A stretch of 62,958 nt of DNA from Pseudomonadota bacterium (GTDB lineage: Bacteria > Desulfobacterota > QYQD01). The notes beneath the pieces were generated by a model. That model was not told the DNA's origin and made no database searches. It worked only from the letters and a program-made list of their open reading frames with translations. Positions 47,223-56,310 of this stretch are shown piece after piece (the first letter of the stretch is position 1; each line of letters opens with the position of its first letter). The stretch lies in the NCBI GenBank assembly GCA_011046395.1, contig DSAQ01000150.1, positions 1-62,958 of the forward strand, written 5' to 3'. The position numbers and the translations under genes are program-made.

Positions 47223-47294
47223 GACGGCCCGGGAATAAAACATACTTTAGGCACTTTAGTGCACTTTAAATTTTAGGCACTTTCATAATAAATT

Positions 47295-48968
47295 ATGCCC
47301 CAGATCAAGCCAAGCTCTCTTGAATATTACGCGCAGCTTAAACAACACTTTGTAAAGATACTCCTCTCGGCTGCCTTCATACCCCTTATCCTGATCGGCG
47401 GCATACTGTACTATCATTTTAGTGCAACCCTGAAGGAAAATTCCCTGCACTATGTAGAAAATCTAGTCAGGGATCATCAAAATGGGATCGACAGTTTTCT
47501 TATCGAAAGGCTCTCCGATCTGAAAGCCCTGTCCAAAAGCCATACCATAGATTATTTAGTGCAGGGGGATCACCTGTCAGAGGCATTCAACATCCTCCAG
47601 GGAGAATATGGAACTTTCACGGAACTAGGGGTGATCGATGCCGCCGGCAACCATGTGGCTTATGTGGGTCCGTATAAGCTCCTCGGCAGGAATTATAAGG
47701 ATGCTCCCTGGTTCAAAGAGGTGATGGAGCAGGGAGAGTATGTCAGCGATGTTTTTTTAGGATTGAGAAGGGTGCCGCACATTATTATGGCCGTAAAAAG
47801 AGTGGAAAATGGCCGTACCTGGATTCTTCGGACGACGCTGGATATAGCGAAGTTTAGTGATTTGGTGGAAGGTATCCGAATCGGCAAAACCGTAGACGCC
47901 TTTATTGTCAATACGGAGGGTATCCTTCAAACCCGCCCGCGCAGCGGGGGCGATCTTCTAGAAAAGTCTGATTTTTTGCCTGGTAAGTATGCCCAGGGAA
48001 TAAGACTGGAAGAAAAAAAAGACGAACTGGGAACCAGATTCATTTATGCCTACACCTGGCTGCAAAATAGAAACTGGTGCCTGGTGGTTAGACAGGACCT
48101 GCGCGAAGTTTATGCCGCCCTCCGCCATGTTAACTACGTTATCATCCCTATTTTTATCGGGGGCAGCTTTTTTATTGTTTTTGCTGCCATTTTTACGACC
48201 AGACAACTGGCCAGCCGGATCGAGAAGACAGACCGCGAGAAAGACATGTTAAATGAACAGCTTCTTCAATCCGGCAAGCTGGCTGCGATTGGAGAGCTGG
48301 CCGCCGGTATAGCCCATGAGATCAACAACCCCCTGGCCATAATAGGAGAAGAGGCCGGATGGATGAAGGATCTGCTCAAAAAAGAGGCGCTCAAGTGCTC
48401 TCCCAAGGTAACGGAGTTCGAAGACAGCATAAGCCAGATCGAGCTTCAGGCCAGGCGGTGCCGCCAGATAACGCATAACCTCTTGGCCTTTGCCCGCAAG
48501 CTGGAACCGAAAATGGAAAGTGTCAGTCTAAATGATCTGATCGAAGACGTAATCAAGCTGGTAGAACGGGAGGCCAGAGTAAACGATATAATAATGACAC
48601 GTAACTTTTACCATGAGTTACCCACCGTATGGACGGATGCGTCTGAACTGAGGCAGGTCTTCTTAAATCTCATCAACAATGCCATGGATGCCATCGGGCG
48701 AAAGGGTGGGATTACCATCACCACCCGCCTGGGATTGGACTCTGTCTGCGCTGAAGTAGCCGACACCGGACACGGCATTGCCAGAGAAGACTTAGACAAA
48801 ATTTTTCTTCCCTTCTTTACCACCAAAGCACCGGGCAAGGGCACCGGCCTGGGTCTGGCCATCTCCTACAGTGTTATTGAAAAACTGGGCGGGAGAATAA
48901 CGGTAAATAGTGCGGAGGGCAAAGGGACTACCTTTTCCGTATGCCTGCCCCTGGGGAGAAAAGGATAA
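47295..48968 (+). CDS. Sensor histidine kinase, paralogue 2 (same architecture as 45065..46759)
   Basis: '[13 protein letters not shown]', '[11 protein letters not shown]', 'DTGHGIA', and '[10 protein letters not shown]'. The N-terminal and sensor regions align with paralogue 1. Confidence 0.85.
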   Translation: MPQIKPSSLEYYAQLKQHFVKILLSAAFIPLILIGGILYYHFSATLKENSLHYVENLVRDHQNGIDSFLIERLSDLKALSKSHTIDYLVQGDHLSEAFNILQGEYGTFTELGVIDAAGNHVAYVGPYKLLGRNYKDAPWFKEVMEQGEYVSDVFLGLRRVPHIIMAVKRVENGRTWILRTTLDIAKFSDLVEGIRIGKTVDAFIVNTEGILQTRPRSGGDLLEKSDFLPGKYAQGIRLEEKKDELGTRFIYAYTWLQNRNWCLVVRQDLREVYAALRHVNYVIIPIFIGGSFFIVFAAIFTTRQLASRIEKTDREKDMLNEQLLQSGKLAAIGELAAGIAHEINNPLAIIGEEAGWMKDLLKKEALKCSPKVTEFEDSISQIELQARRCRQITHNLLAFARKLEPKMESVSLNDLIEDVIKLVEREARVNDIIMTRNFYHELPTVWTDASELRQVFLNLINNAMDAIGRKGGITITTRLGLDSVCAEVADTGHGIAREDLDKIFLPFFTTKAPGKGTGLGLAISYSVIEKLGGRITVNSAEGKGTTFSVCLPLGRKG

Positions 48969-48987
48969 AACAAGGAGAACAGAAAAG

Positions 48988-49389
48988 ATGGAGAGGGCTA
49001 TCAGAGTATTGCTGGTGGATGATGAAGAGCGTTTTACCCGGACACTTTCCAAAAGGCTGACGGAAAGAGGACTGAGAGTGCATACCGCCTCGAGCGGTAT
49101 GAAGGCCCTGAGGCACATGGAAGATAATGTGTTTGATGTAGTGGTTCTGGACGTCAAGATGCCCGGCATGGACGGAGTAGAGACATTGCGGGAGGCAAAG
49201 AAGGTTCAGCCTCTGACCGAAGTAATACTGCTGACCGGACACGCCTCAGTCGATTCGGCTATCGAAGGCATGCGTCTGGGGGCCTTCGAATATTTAATGA
49301 AGCCCTGCGAGATCGAAGAGCTTATGGCCAAGATTGAGGAAGCTTACGCTAAAAGAGTGATGCGGGAAGAGGAAATTAGAGAATCCTAG
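48988..49389 (+). CDS. Single-domain response regulator, paralogue 2
   Basis: 'VLLVDDEERF', 'DVVVLDVKMPGMDG', 'VILLTGH', and 'EYLMKP'. The start is taken at the Met with an AGGAGAA RBS. The track ORF begins at 48910, inside the kinase gene. Confidence 0.9.
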   Translation: MERAIRVLLVDDEERFTRTLSKRLTERGLRVHTASSGMKALRHMEDNVFDVVVLDVKMPGMDGVETLREAKKVQPLTEVILLTGHASVDSAIEGMRLGAFEYLMKPCEIEELMAKIEEAYAKRVMREEEIRES

Positions 49390-51222
49390 GTGGCTATGAA
49401 GCTAAAAGCAACCCTTGCCGCTTTCGGCCTGGCTGCGGTGGTGCTCGGCGTCATCTTTGTGTACAGCTATATGGCCGAGAGACCTACACGGGAAATTTCT
49501 TACGGCGAATTTAAGACGCTCTTGCGGGGGAAAAGGGTAGAACGGGCCGTCCTATTTAAAGATCGTATCACCGGCGAGTTAACGGTCGAGGATGCCGGCT
49601 CCCTGGTCGCGATGAAGGACGCGCAGCTTAGCAAATCACCGGAAAAAGCGCAAAAAGAACGCTTGTTTACTACCAGGCGCGTCGAAGACCCCAGACTGGT
49701 CGACGAACTGGATCGGTTAGGCGTCTCCTATCGCTCCGGTTTCGAGCATACCTGGGTGATGACTCTCATCTCCTGGGTTGCTCCGGCCGGCATCCTGATG
49801 CTGGGCGCGTTCCTCTTTTTCCGGAAAATGGGGTATGGATCCGGAACAAGTCGCCTCTTTGTCGAAAAAAAATCCAACGTTACCTTCCCGGATGTAGCCG
49901 GAGTGGCTGTGGCCGAAGAAGAACTAAGGGAAATCATAGAATTCTTAAGAAATCCATCCCGCTTCCAGAACCTCGGCTGTAAAATTCCGAAGGGTGTCCT
50001 TTTGGTGGGTCCGCCCGGTTCAGGCAAGACCTTGCTGGCCCAGGCCGTGGCCGGAGAGGCTAATGTGCCGTTTTTCAGTATAAGTGGCTCGGCCTTTGTG
50101 GAGATGTTTGCCGGGGTCGGTGCGGCCAGGGTAAGAAACCTCTTTGCCCGGGCAGCCAAGAAGTCTCCCTGCATTATCTTTATTGATGAAATAGACGCTG
50201 TGGGCAAAGCCAGAGAAGGTATCGCTGTTTCCGGAGCGGAAGAGCATGAACAGACCCTGACCCAGTTACTTACCCAAATGGATGGTTTCGATACCAAAAA
50301 GGGGGTCATTATTCTGGCGGCCACCAACCGTCCCGAGATTTTAGACCCGGCCTTGCTCAGACCAGGCCGTTTTGACCGGCACATCGTGGTAGACCGGCCG
50401 GATTTGAAAGGACGGGAACAGATATTTAAAATTCATGCCCGAAATCTAAAATTGGCCAGGGATGTGGACTTCAAAGGCCTGGCCGCCACTACGCCAGGAA
50501 TGGTAGGGGCGGAGATAGCTAATGTTGTCAATGAGGCTGCCCTGCTAGCGGTACGAAGGAATAAGGAGACCGTGCAAATGTCGGACTTTAAAGACGGCAT
50601 TGAGCGCGTGTCTGCCGGACTGGAAAAGACGAATAAGTTAATCAATGCCAGAGAAAAAGAAATCGTAGCCTATCACGAGGCCGGGCATGCCATTGTGTCC
50701 TTATCGCTGCCACAGGCCGATCCGGTCCACAAAATTTCCATTATCCCCAGAGGAATATCTGCCCTGGGATATACCGTCCACCTGCCTACAGAAGACCGCT
50801 ACCTCCTGACCCAGTCAGAGCTATTGGATAAAATAACTGTTTTGCTGGGTGGCCGGGCATCGGAAGAGGTCATTTTTGGAGAGGTTTCCACCGCCTCCCA
50901 GAGTGATCTGGAAGAAGCCACGGAAATCGCAAGAAGTATGGTTCAGACCTATGGGATGAGCGATAAGGTGGGGCCTCTTACCTTTGAGAAAGGACGGCCG
51001 CTTTTTCTAGACACCAAATATAGTCCGCTCAAGGAATATAGTGAACATACAGCCATGCGCATTGACGAAGAGGTTTATAGGATAGTAAACCAAACTTACC
51101 AAACGGCCAAACAAATACTTGCCAGCCGGCGTTTGGATTTGGAAAAAGTGGCCAGGGCCTTAGTGGAAAAAGAAGTAATCGACCGAAATGAACTGGATAG
51201 GATCCTGGTAGAAACGAACTAA
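49390..51222 (+). CDS. Second FtsH-family AAA+ zinc metalloprotease, embedded in the two-component cluster
   Basis: Two TMs, Walker A 'GPPGSGKT', Walker B 'IIFIDEID', pore loop 'EMFAGVG', SRH '[20 protein letters not shown]', and zinc site 'HEAGHAI'. It starts (GTG 49390 or ATG 49396) directly after the receiver stop codon at 49387-49389. Confidence 0.9.
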   Translation: MAMKLKATLAAFGLAAVVLGVIFVYSYMAERPTREISYGEFKTLLRGKRVERAVLFKDRITGELTVEDAGSLVAMKDAQLSKSPEKAQKERLFTTRRVEDPRLVDELDRLGVSYRSGFEHTWVMTLISWVAPAGILMLGAFLFFRKMGYGSGTSRLFVEKKSNVTFPDVAGVAVAEEELREIIEFLRNPSRFQNLGCKIPKGVLLVGPPGSGKTLLAQAVAGEANVPFFSISGSAFVEMFAGVGAARVRNLFARAAKKSPCIIFIDEIDAVGKAREGIAVSGAEEHEQTLTQLLTQMDGFDTKKGVIILAATNRPEILDPALLRPGRFDRHIVVDRPDLKGREQIFKIHARNLKLARDVDFKGLAATTPGMVGAEIANVVNEAALLAVRRNKETVQMSDFKDGIERVSAGLEKTNKLINAREKEIVAYHEAGHAIVSLSLPQADPVHKISIIPRGISALGYTVHLPTEDRYLLTQSELLDKITVLLGGRASEEVIFGEVSTASQSDLEEATEIARSMVQTYGMSDKVGPLTFEKGRPLFLDTKYSPLKEYSEHTAMRIDEEVYRIVNQTYQTAKQILASRRLDLEKVARALVEKEVIDRNELDRILVETN

Positions 51223-51226
51223 CCGT

Positions 51227-53218
51227 ATGCCGTCCCCAAAACCAAATCTGCCCTTGCCTAATACCTTGAAGACCCTGAATGTAGCCATTGTGGGTGGAGG
51301 GGCACGCTGTAAGGCCCTTCTAGGGCTGGCTCTTGGGAATAAACTAAAGAACTTTCAGATGCATGTGATGGGCGTAGCCGATCCCAACCCGCAAGCCCCT
51401 GGACTGGCCTATGCGCGCCAGCATGGCATCTTTACTACCAGAGACTATCATGATCTTTATAAGCTAAAACCGCTTGACCTGATAATAGAGGTCACCGGCA
51501 AGCGGGCAGTGCGAGATGAGATTGTTTATTCCAAGCCAAAGCATATGCGCATTATGGATCACGCGGCTGCCAACTTGTTATGGGATTTTTTACAACTGGA
51601 AGACGAGCGGACTACTTACGAAAGGGAAACCATAGAAAAGGTCCGGAAAGAGTTTTCGCAGCACGCCCAGGAAATTTCGGTTTTGAACAGTATTATCCAT
51701 GCTGTAAACCGATCATGGGATGTGCCCAGTATGTGTCAAGAAACCCTAAAGAAGAGCAGGCTCTGGGCCGGGGCAGATATGGCCTGGATTCATGTCCGCG
51801 ATCCGGGGAAAGAGGTGTGGGAAACCTTTGAAAATCATGACTCAACCAGCGTGGATCCAAGGTCCTTCTGTAGTGAAATACAGCCTGAAAATTTCCTGCG
51901 AATGTTTAAAGATCAGCGGGAGGCGGTGTTAAACAATGACTCTTCTGCCCTTCCCCAAGCCTTGACTAGGCACGGCATACAGTCTATGGTCAGCCTTCCT
52001 CTATACTCTAGCCACGAACTGGTCGGGATTATGTGCCTGGCCAACCAAATGCCGAGAGAGTTCCTGGAAAGAAAACTTCAGGTCCTGCAGTCTCTCGGAG
52101 AAGAGATTGCCATCGGCATCGCCAAGGCCAGGCTATTTGATACGGTATCTCGCGACAAGAGGCAATGGGAGTCTACTTTTAATGCCATCACCGCACACAT
52201 TTTTATAGTTGATGCGCAATTTTGCATTATCAAGGCTAATGAGGCCTTTCTGAGAGACTATAATGTAGATGATGCCAAACAGCGAAGGTGTTACGAGGTG
52301 GTTCGCCATAGGAAAAAACCCTGCCCTGAATGTGCCCTCCAGGAAGTGTTTCAATCCAAGACAACGGTTTCTTTGCAAAAAGAGCAGCCGGTTTTGGGAG
52401 GTTTTTTTCGATATAATTACTTTCCGGCCTTTACTCCCGAAGGTGAGGTTACTTCAGTAACCATTTATGAAGAAGATATAACCGAGATCAAAAAGGCCGA
52501 AGAGAAAATAATAGATTTTCAGAAGAGGCTCGTTAAATCGGAAAGCATAGCCGCCATGGGTAAACTAGCCGCTTCCATCGCACATGAAATCCGCAACCCA
52601 TTAGGAGCGCTATCCAATTCCATCAGCATACTTCGTAAGAGCCTGAAGCTGGCCGGACCACAGCAGGAACTTATGGAAATCATGTCCGCGGAAGTTGGCA
52701 GGCTGAATAACATTGTGCATGACTTCCTTACCTATACCCGTCCCAAGTCCCTCCAGTATCGTCACATAGACATCAATAAGTTACTATCCGAAATGGTCAC
52801 CTTCTTGAGTAAGGATCAAGCGTTGATGGGCAACTCTCAAATTCAATGTCTTTTTGAAGACATGCCTCCGGTGCAGGTAGATGCCGACCAATTAAAAACG
52901 GCCGTCCAAAACGTACTGATCAATGCCTTGCAGGCCACCAGGGGTAAGGGAGTGATAATCATTACTACGGAGAAGGAGACGTTGGATCATCAGCCCTTTT
53001 TCAAAATCGGCATCCAGGATAATGGAAAAGGAATATCTCCGGACCACATAAAAAAGATTTTTGAGCCCTTCTTTTCTACCAAAACCAAAGGTCTGGGCCT
53101 GGGTTTGGCTATAGCCAGGAGAATCATCGAGGAACATGGGGGAGATATGGAGATTAAGAGTAAAGAAGGAGTAGGCACCTCCATCTTTATGGTGCTGCCT
53201 TTAGAGCGGTTGAATTAA
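51227..53218 (+). CDS. Cytoplasmic sensor histidine kinase (Rossmann-like N-domain - GAF - PAS - HisKA - HATPase)
   Basis: N-terminus 'VAIVGGGARCKALL...VMGVADPN'. GAF-like middle. PAS with 'CYEVVRHRKKPCPEC'. H-box 'SIAHEIRNPL'. 'GLGLGLAIARRIIEEHGG'. No TM segments. Confidence 0.85.
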   Translation: MPSPKPNLPLPNTLKTLNVAIVGGGARCKALLGLALGNKLKNFQMHVMGVADPNPQAPGLAYARQHGIFTTRDYHDLYKLKPLDLIIEVTGKRAVRDEIVYSKPKHMRIMDHAAANLLWDFLQLEDERTTYERETIEKVRKEFSQHAQEISVLNSIIHAVNRSWDVPSMCQETLKKSRLWAGADMAWIHVRDPGKEVWETFENHDSTSVDPRSFCSEIQPENFLRMFKDQREAVLNNDSSALPQALTRHGIQSMVSLPLYSSHELVGIMCLANQMPREFLERKLQVLQSLGEEIAIGIAKARLFDTVSRDKRQWESTFNAITAHIFIVDAQFCIIKANEAFLRDYNVDDAKQRRCYEVVRHRKKPCPECALQEVFQSKTTVSLQKEQPVLGGFFRYNYFPAFTPEGEVTSVTIYEEDITEIKKAEEKIIDFQKRLVKSESIAAMGKLAASIAHEIRNPLGALSNSISILRKSLKLAGPQQELMEIMSAEVGRLNNIVHDFLTYTRPKSLQYRHIDINKLLSEMVTFLSKDQALMGNSQIQCLFEDMPPVQVDADQLKTAVQNVLINALQATRGKGVIIITTEKETLDHQPFFKIGIQDNGKGISPDHIKKIFEPFFSTKTKGLGLGLAIARRIIEEHGGDMEIKSKEGVGTSIFMVLPLERLN

Positions 53219-54612
53219 TGGCCCGCATACTCATTGTGGACGACGAAAAGGGACTGCGTCGCAGCACGGCCATAGCCTTTCAGTTGAGGGGCCACCAAGT
53301 GGAGGAGGCTGGAACTGGAGAGGAGGCCCTGGAGTTTGTCCGGAAAGATATTTTTGACCTCGTCATCACTGACCTGGTTATGGAAGACATGGATGGATTA
53401 GAGTTAATCAAAAAAATCAAGGCATTGTGCCCGATTTCATCCGTCATTATGATGACCGCCTATGGGTCTATTGACAGTGCTATCGCCGCCACCAAATTGG
53501 GAGTCAGCGACTATGTCACCAAGCCCTTTACAGAGGATCAGATCCTTTTAGCCGCAGAGAAGGCCTTCCAACGGCAAAAAATGGAATCGACCATACGGGT
53601 CCTGCAAAGTGTGTTAATCGACAAGTATCAGTTCAAAAACATCATTACGGTAAGCCGCGAACTGAAGGAGATATTACGAAAAATCTGTCTGGTGGCTACT
53701 CAAAATATCACTGTTTTGTTAATGGGAGAAAGTGGAACAGGCAAAGAGCTTATAGCCGCCGCCTTGCATCGCGTGAGCCACCGGAAAGACAGGCCTTTTG
53801 TAGCCTTGAATTGCGGCGCTTTTCCGGAAACCCTACTGGAAAGTGAACTCTTTGGACATACCCGCGGTGCTTTTACCGGGGCAACCAGTCACAAAAAAGG
53901 GCTGGTTGAAGAGGCCGATGGTGGCACCATATTTTTGGATGAAATCGGGGATGCCCCTTTATCCTTCCAGGTAAAAATATTACGTTTTTTGGAAGATGGA
54001 GAATTTAGAAGACTGGGGAAAACCATCACCCGAAAAGCTGACGTAAGAATTATCGCGGCTACACACAAAAATTTAGAACACGAAATTGAGGCCGGGCGCT
54101 TCCGCGACGATCTTTTCTTCCGTTTGAGTGCTTGCCGATTTGACTTGCCGCCCTTACGGGCCCGAAAGGAGGATATACCCTTTCTGGCCCAGCACTTCTT
54201 GAAAACCTATTCATCTGAAATGAATAAACAAGTAGATATGATCCACCCCCGGGTATATAATATCTTTTTAGGGTATTCCTGGCCGGGAAATGTCCGGGAA
54301 TTGGAAAACACCATCCGTTATGCGCTAGCTATTACCCCCAAGAATTGTATCGACATCGAAGACCTGCCGGGCAGTCTTCAGAAGCTGGTCCGAGAAAAGA
54401 TACTGCCGGTCTACTCATCAGATCAGCCTGCCAGCCTGAGTGACCTCGAAAAAGGCTATATCCTCTCGGTTCTGGAAAAAACCGGATGGAACAAGAAAAA
54501 GGCCTGTGAAATTCTGCAAATATCCAAGGCCACGCTGCACCGCCGATTGAAAGAATATAAGCAACTATTCACCGCAGAGACCACAGAGGCCGCAGAGATA
54601 AAAAAAGATTAA
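53218..54612 (+). CDS. NtrC-family sigma-54-dependent response regulator (REC - AAA+ - Fis HTH)
   Basis: 'ILIVDDEKG', 'DLVITDLVMEDMDG', 'GESGTGKE', 'GAFTGA', and 'ILQISKATLHRRLKEY'. The ATG overlaps the kinase stop (TAATG). The last ~15 codons lie in a CACAGAG-type repeat. Confidence 0.9.
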   Translation: MARILIVDDEKGLRRSTAIAFQLRGHQVEEAGTGEEALEFVRKDIFDLVITDLVMEDMDGLELIKKIKALCPISSVIMMTAYGSIDSAIAATKLGVSDYVTKPFTEDQILLAAEKAFQRQKMESTIRVLQSVLIDKYQFKNIITVSRELKEILRKICLVATQNITVLLMGESGTGKELIAAALHRVSHRKDRPFVALNCGAFPETLLESELFGHTRGAFTGATSHKKGLVEEADGGTIFLDEIGDAPLSFQVKILRFLEDGEFRRLGKTITRKADVRIIAATHKNLEHEIEAGRFRDDLFFRLSACRFDLPPLRARKEDIPFLAQHFLKTYSSEMNKQVDMIHPRVYNIFLGYSWPGNVRELENTIRYALAITPKNCIDIEDLPGSLQKLVREKILPVYSSDQPASLSDLEKGYILSVLEKTGWNKKKACEILQISKATLHRRLKEYKQLFTAETTEAAEIKKD

Positions 54613-54654
54613 AATTGATACCCTCCTTTGTGCCTTAGTGGCTTTGTGGCTGAG
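54568..54654. repeat. CACAGAG/CACAAAG-type inverted-repeat element overlapping the regulator 3' end
   Basis: TTCACCGCAGAGACCACAGAGGCCGCAGAG ... CCTTTGTGCCTTAGTGGCTTTGTGGCTGAG. It underlies the artefactual ORF 54565..54747 ('CGLCGLCGE'). Confidence 0.65.
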
Positions 54655-54782
54655 CTTTAGTCTCAAAATGATCCTTCCACTTACCCGTAATAGTATCAAC
54701 TTGATGCCAAGATAAACAAATACTCTAGCCCCCATATAACAATACATCGTAATATCAGTATCTTAAGTTTATAGGCCTATTG

Positions 54783-54798
54783 TGGCACAAGTTTTGAA
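54783..54798 (+). promoter_or_regulatory. Possible sigma-54 promoter upstream of the lone receiver gene
   Basis: TGGCAC-AAGTT-TTGAA. The spacing matches TGGCAC-N5-TTGCW, but the -12 GC dinucleotide is GA. Confidence 0.35.
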
Positions 54799-54831
54799 TA
54801 TGTCTCTTATAAAGGCGGTGGCTAAAGGAGC

Positions 54832-55197
54832 ATGAAAATACTGGTTGTGGATGATGATACTAATTTTCGACACACCTTGGTCTTGTATCTCAATTCGAAT
54901 GGTTGGGAGGTAGATGAGGCCGCTGATGGGCTCGAGGGATGGTCAAAATTAAAAGAGAGTCCCTATGATGTGGTCATTACAGACATTGAAATGCCGGGGA
55001 TGGATGGATTCACTTTGAGGAAGAAGGCTAAGGTGAAAAAAATGAAAATAAAATTTATCTATATGTCTGCCTATCCTCCCGCGGTGGAGAAATCGCGGCA
55101 GGATACTGCATGGTTAACTAAACCTTTTATGCTGGAGAAGTTGCACAGGCTTTTGCAAAGTGTTGTTCCTAAGCCGGCAAGTCCGGGGATTGCATAA
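54832..55197 (+). CDS. Single-domain response regulator
   Basis: 'ILVVDDDTNF', 'DVVITDIEMPGMDG', and 'LTKPF'. 121 aa. Confidence 0.85.
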   Translation: MKILVVDDDTNFRHTLVLYLNSNGWEVDEAADGLEGWSKLKESPYDVVITDIEMPGMDGFTLRKKAKVKKMKIKFIYMSAYPPAVEKSRQDTAWLTKPFMLEKLHRLLQSVVPKPASPGIA

Positions 55198-55229
55198 GCC
55201 AATTTGTTTTTGAGGGGAGGTGAAGATTT

Positions 55230-55319
55230 ATGTCAAACGACGTTCTTATTTTGATCGCGGCCGCAGTAGTAGTTTTCTGCGGTATCGGCGGCTATCTGTT
55301 AAAACTGAGGAAAAAATAA
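55230..55319 (+). CDS. Candidate 29-aa membrane peptide (below the track cut-off)
   Basis: My manual translation gives MSNDVLILIAAAVVVFCGIGGYLLKLRKK*. A GAGGGGAGG RBS lies 7-8 nt upstream. It has a single hydrophobic helix with a basic tail. Confidence 0.3.
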   Translation: MSNDVLILIAAAVVVFCGIGGYLLKLRKK

Positions 55320-55377
55320 TCTTTCTTGGGGCGACTTCACCAGATCCGCGGTAGGATGGATAGATTATGGTTTGACT

Positions 55378-55415
55378 GTGGATCAGGGCGCCTAGATAGC
55401 CACTCCCTGATCCAC
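55378..55415. terminator. 11-bp perfect hairpin between convergent genes
   Basis: GTGGATCAGGG - 16 nt - CCCTGATCCAC, between the small peptide ORF (+) and the 259-aa gene (-). No clear T-tract. Confidence 0.35.
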
Positions 55416-55439
55416 GCCAGATCGAGTCTTCAAGCAGGT

Positions 55440-56219
55440 TTAACTACTGCGCGCTACGTAGTGTGGCTTGAGTCCCGGCAGATCGGAAAGATCGGCGCTA
55501 GCGTATCTGTCATACACTTTGGTCACCTCGGCCTTTCCCAGCATAATACCGTCATGGTCGTAAACTAATACAGGGTCACCTTGGTTTAAACCGTGTTTTT
55601 GTCCCAGCCCAAAGGTTATCTCCCAATTCTTACCCTTTTTAATGACCTTGAATATCTCGGCCTTGCCCTCCCTGGCCAATAAATCCTCTTTCTTGCCGGA
55701 AAGATAATAGGATAGACCGAAGGTTAAGGCTATTAATGGGACAAGGCTGATAGCAATCCAAAGCGGGGAAACACCGGTATACCGGTAAATCAGAGACTTG
55801 AAACTATGCTGATAACTGTTCTTATCCGGAAAAACCCTTACTTTATATCTCGGACTTTCCTCGGTAGGGGTCTCTCCCCTGGGTACTACCATAAAGGAGT
55901 ATACACCCGGTTCTACGAAGGAGCCGATCTTTAGTATTCCCCTCCACAATCCCCCTTCCGGCTCCTGGAACTCTATCTTTATCCGGTTCGAGTCGGTGAA
56001 AAGGACTACATCATCCTTTGATGTCAATCTCCTGCCCACCTTGCCGCTGACGGCCTGTTCAGTACCAGGCAAGGCTCGAAATGCGTTACTTGGCTCCCGG
56101 TGGCTGGACACAAAGTTGTCCACTATGCAAAGCAGAAAAACCAGGGAAATAAGCACTCCTGCCCTGCCTATTAGCTTATTTTTTTTAGTTATATCATCTA
56201 ATTCCATAGTTACAACCAC
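55440..56219 (-). CDS. Hypothetical bitopic membrane protein
   Basis: 259 aa. TM at about residues 20-40 and again at about 150-170, with beta-rich soluble regions. No motif recognised. Confidence 0.5.
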   Translation of the reverse strand: MVVTMELDDITKKNKLIGRAGVLISLVFLLCIVDNFVSSHREPSNAFRALPGTEQAVSGKVGRRLTSKDDVVLFTDSNRIKIEFQEPEGGLWRGILKIGSFVEPGVYSFMVVPRGETPTEESPRYKVRVFPDKNSYQHSFKSLIYRYTGVSPLWIAISLVPLIALTFGLSYYLSGKKEDLLAREGKAEIFKVIKKGKNWEITFGLGQKHGLNQGDPVLVYDHDGIMLGKAEVTKVYDRYASADLSDLPGLKPHYVARSS

Positions 56220-56310
56220 CGATTGTTGTTCAACAATTTAATCGCTTCGGATCTAATTCCCCGAAGCTTGCCGCGGGATAGTAGTTTATTTTGACCAAAC
56301 TAGAATCTAC

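Noticed and set aside
47248-47264. AGGCAC-N5-TGCAC as a sigma-54 promoter for HK2
   Set aside because: The GG-to-GC distance is 9 nt instead of the invariant 10, and the -24 T is missing. It is kept only as a repeat observation.
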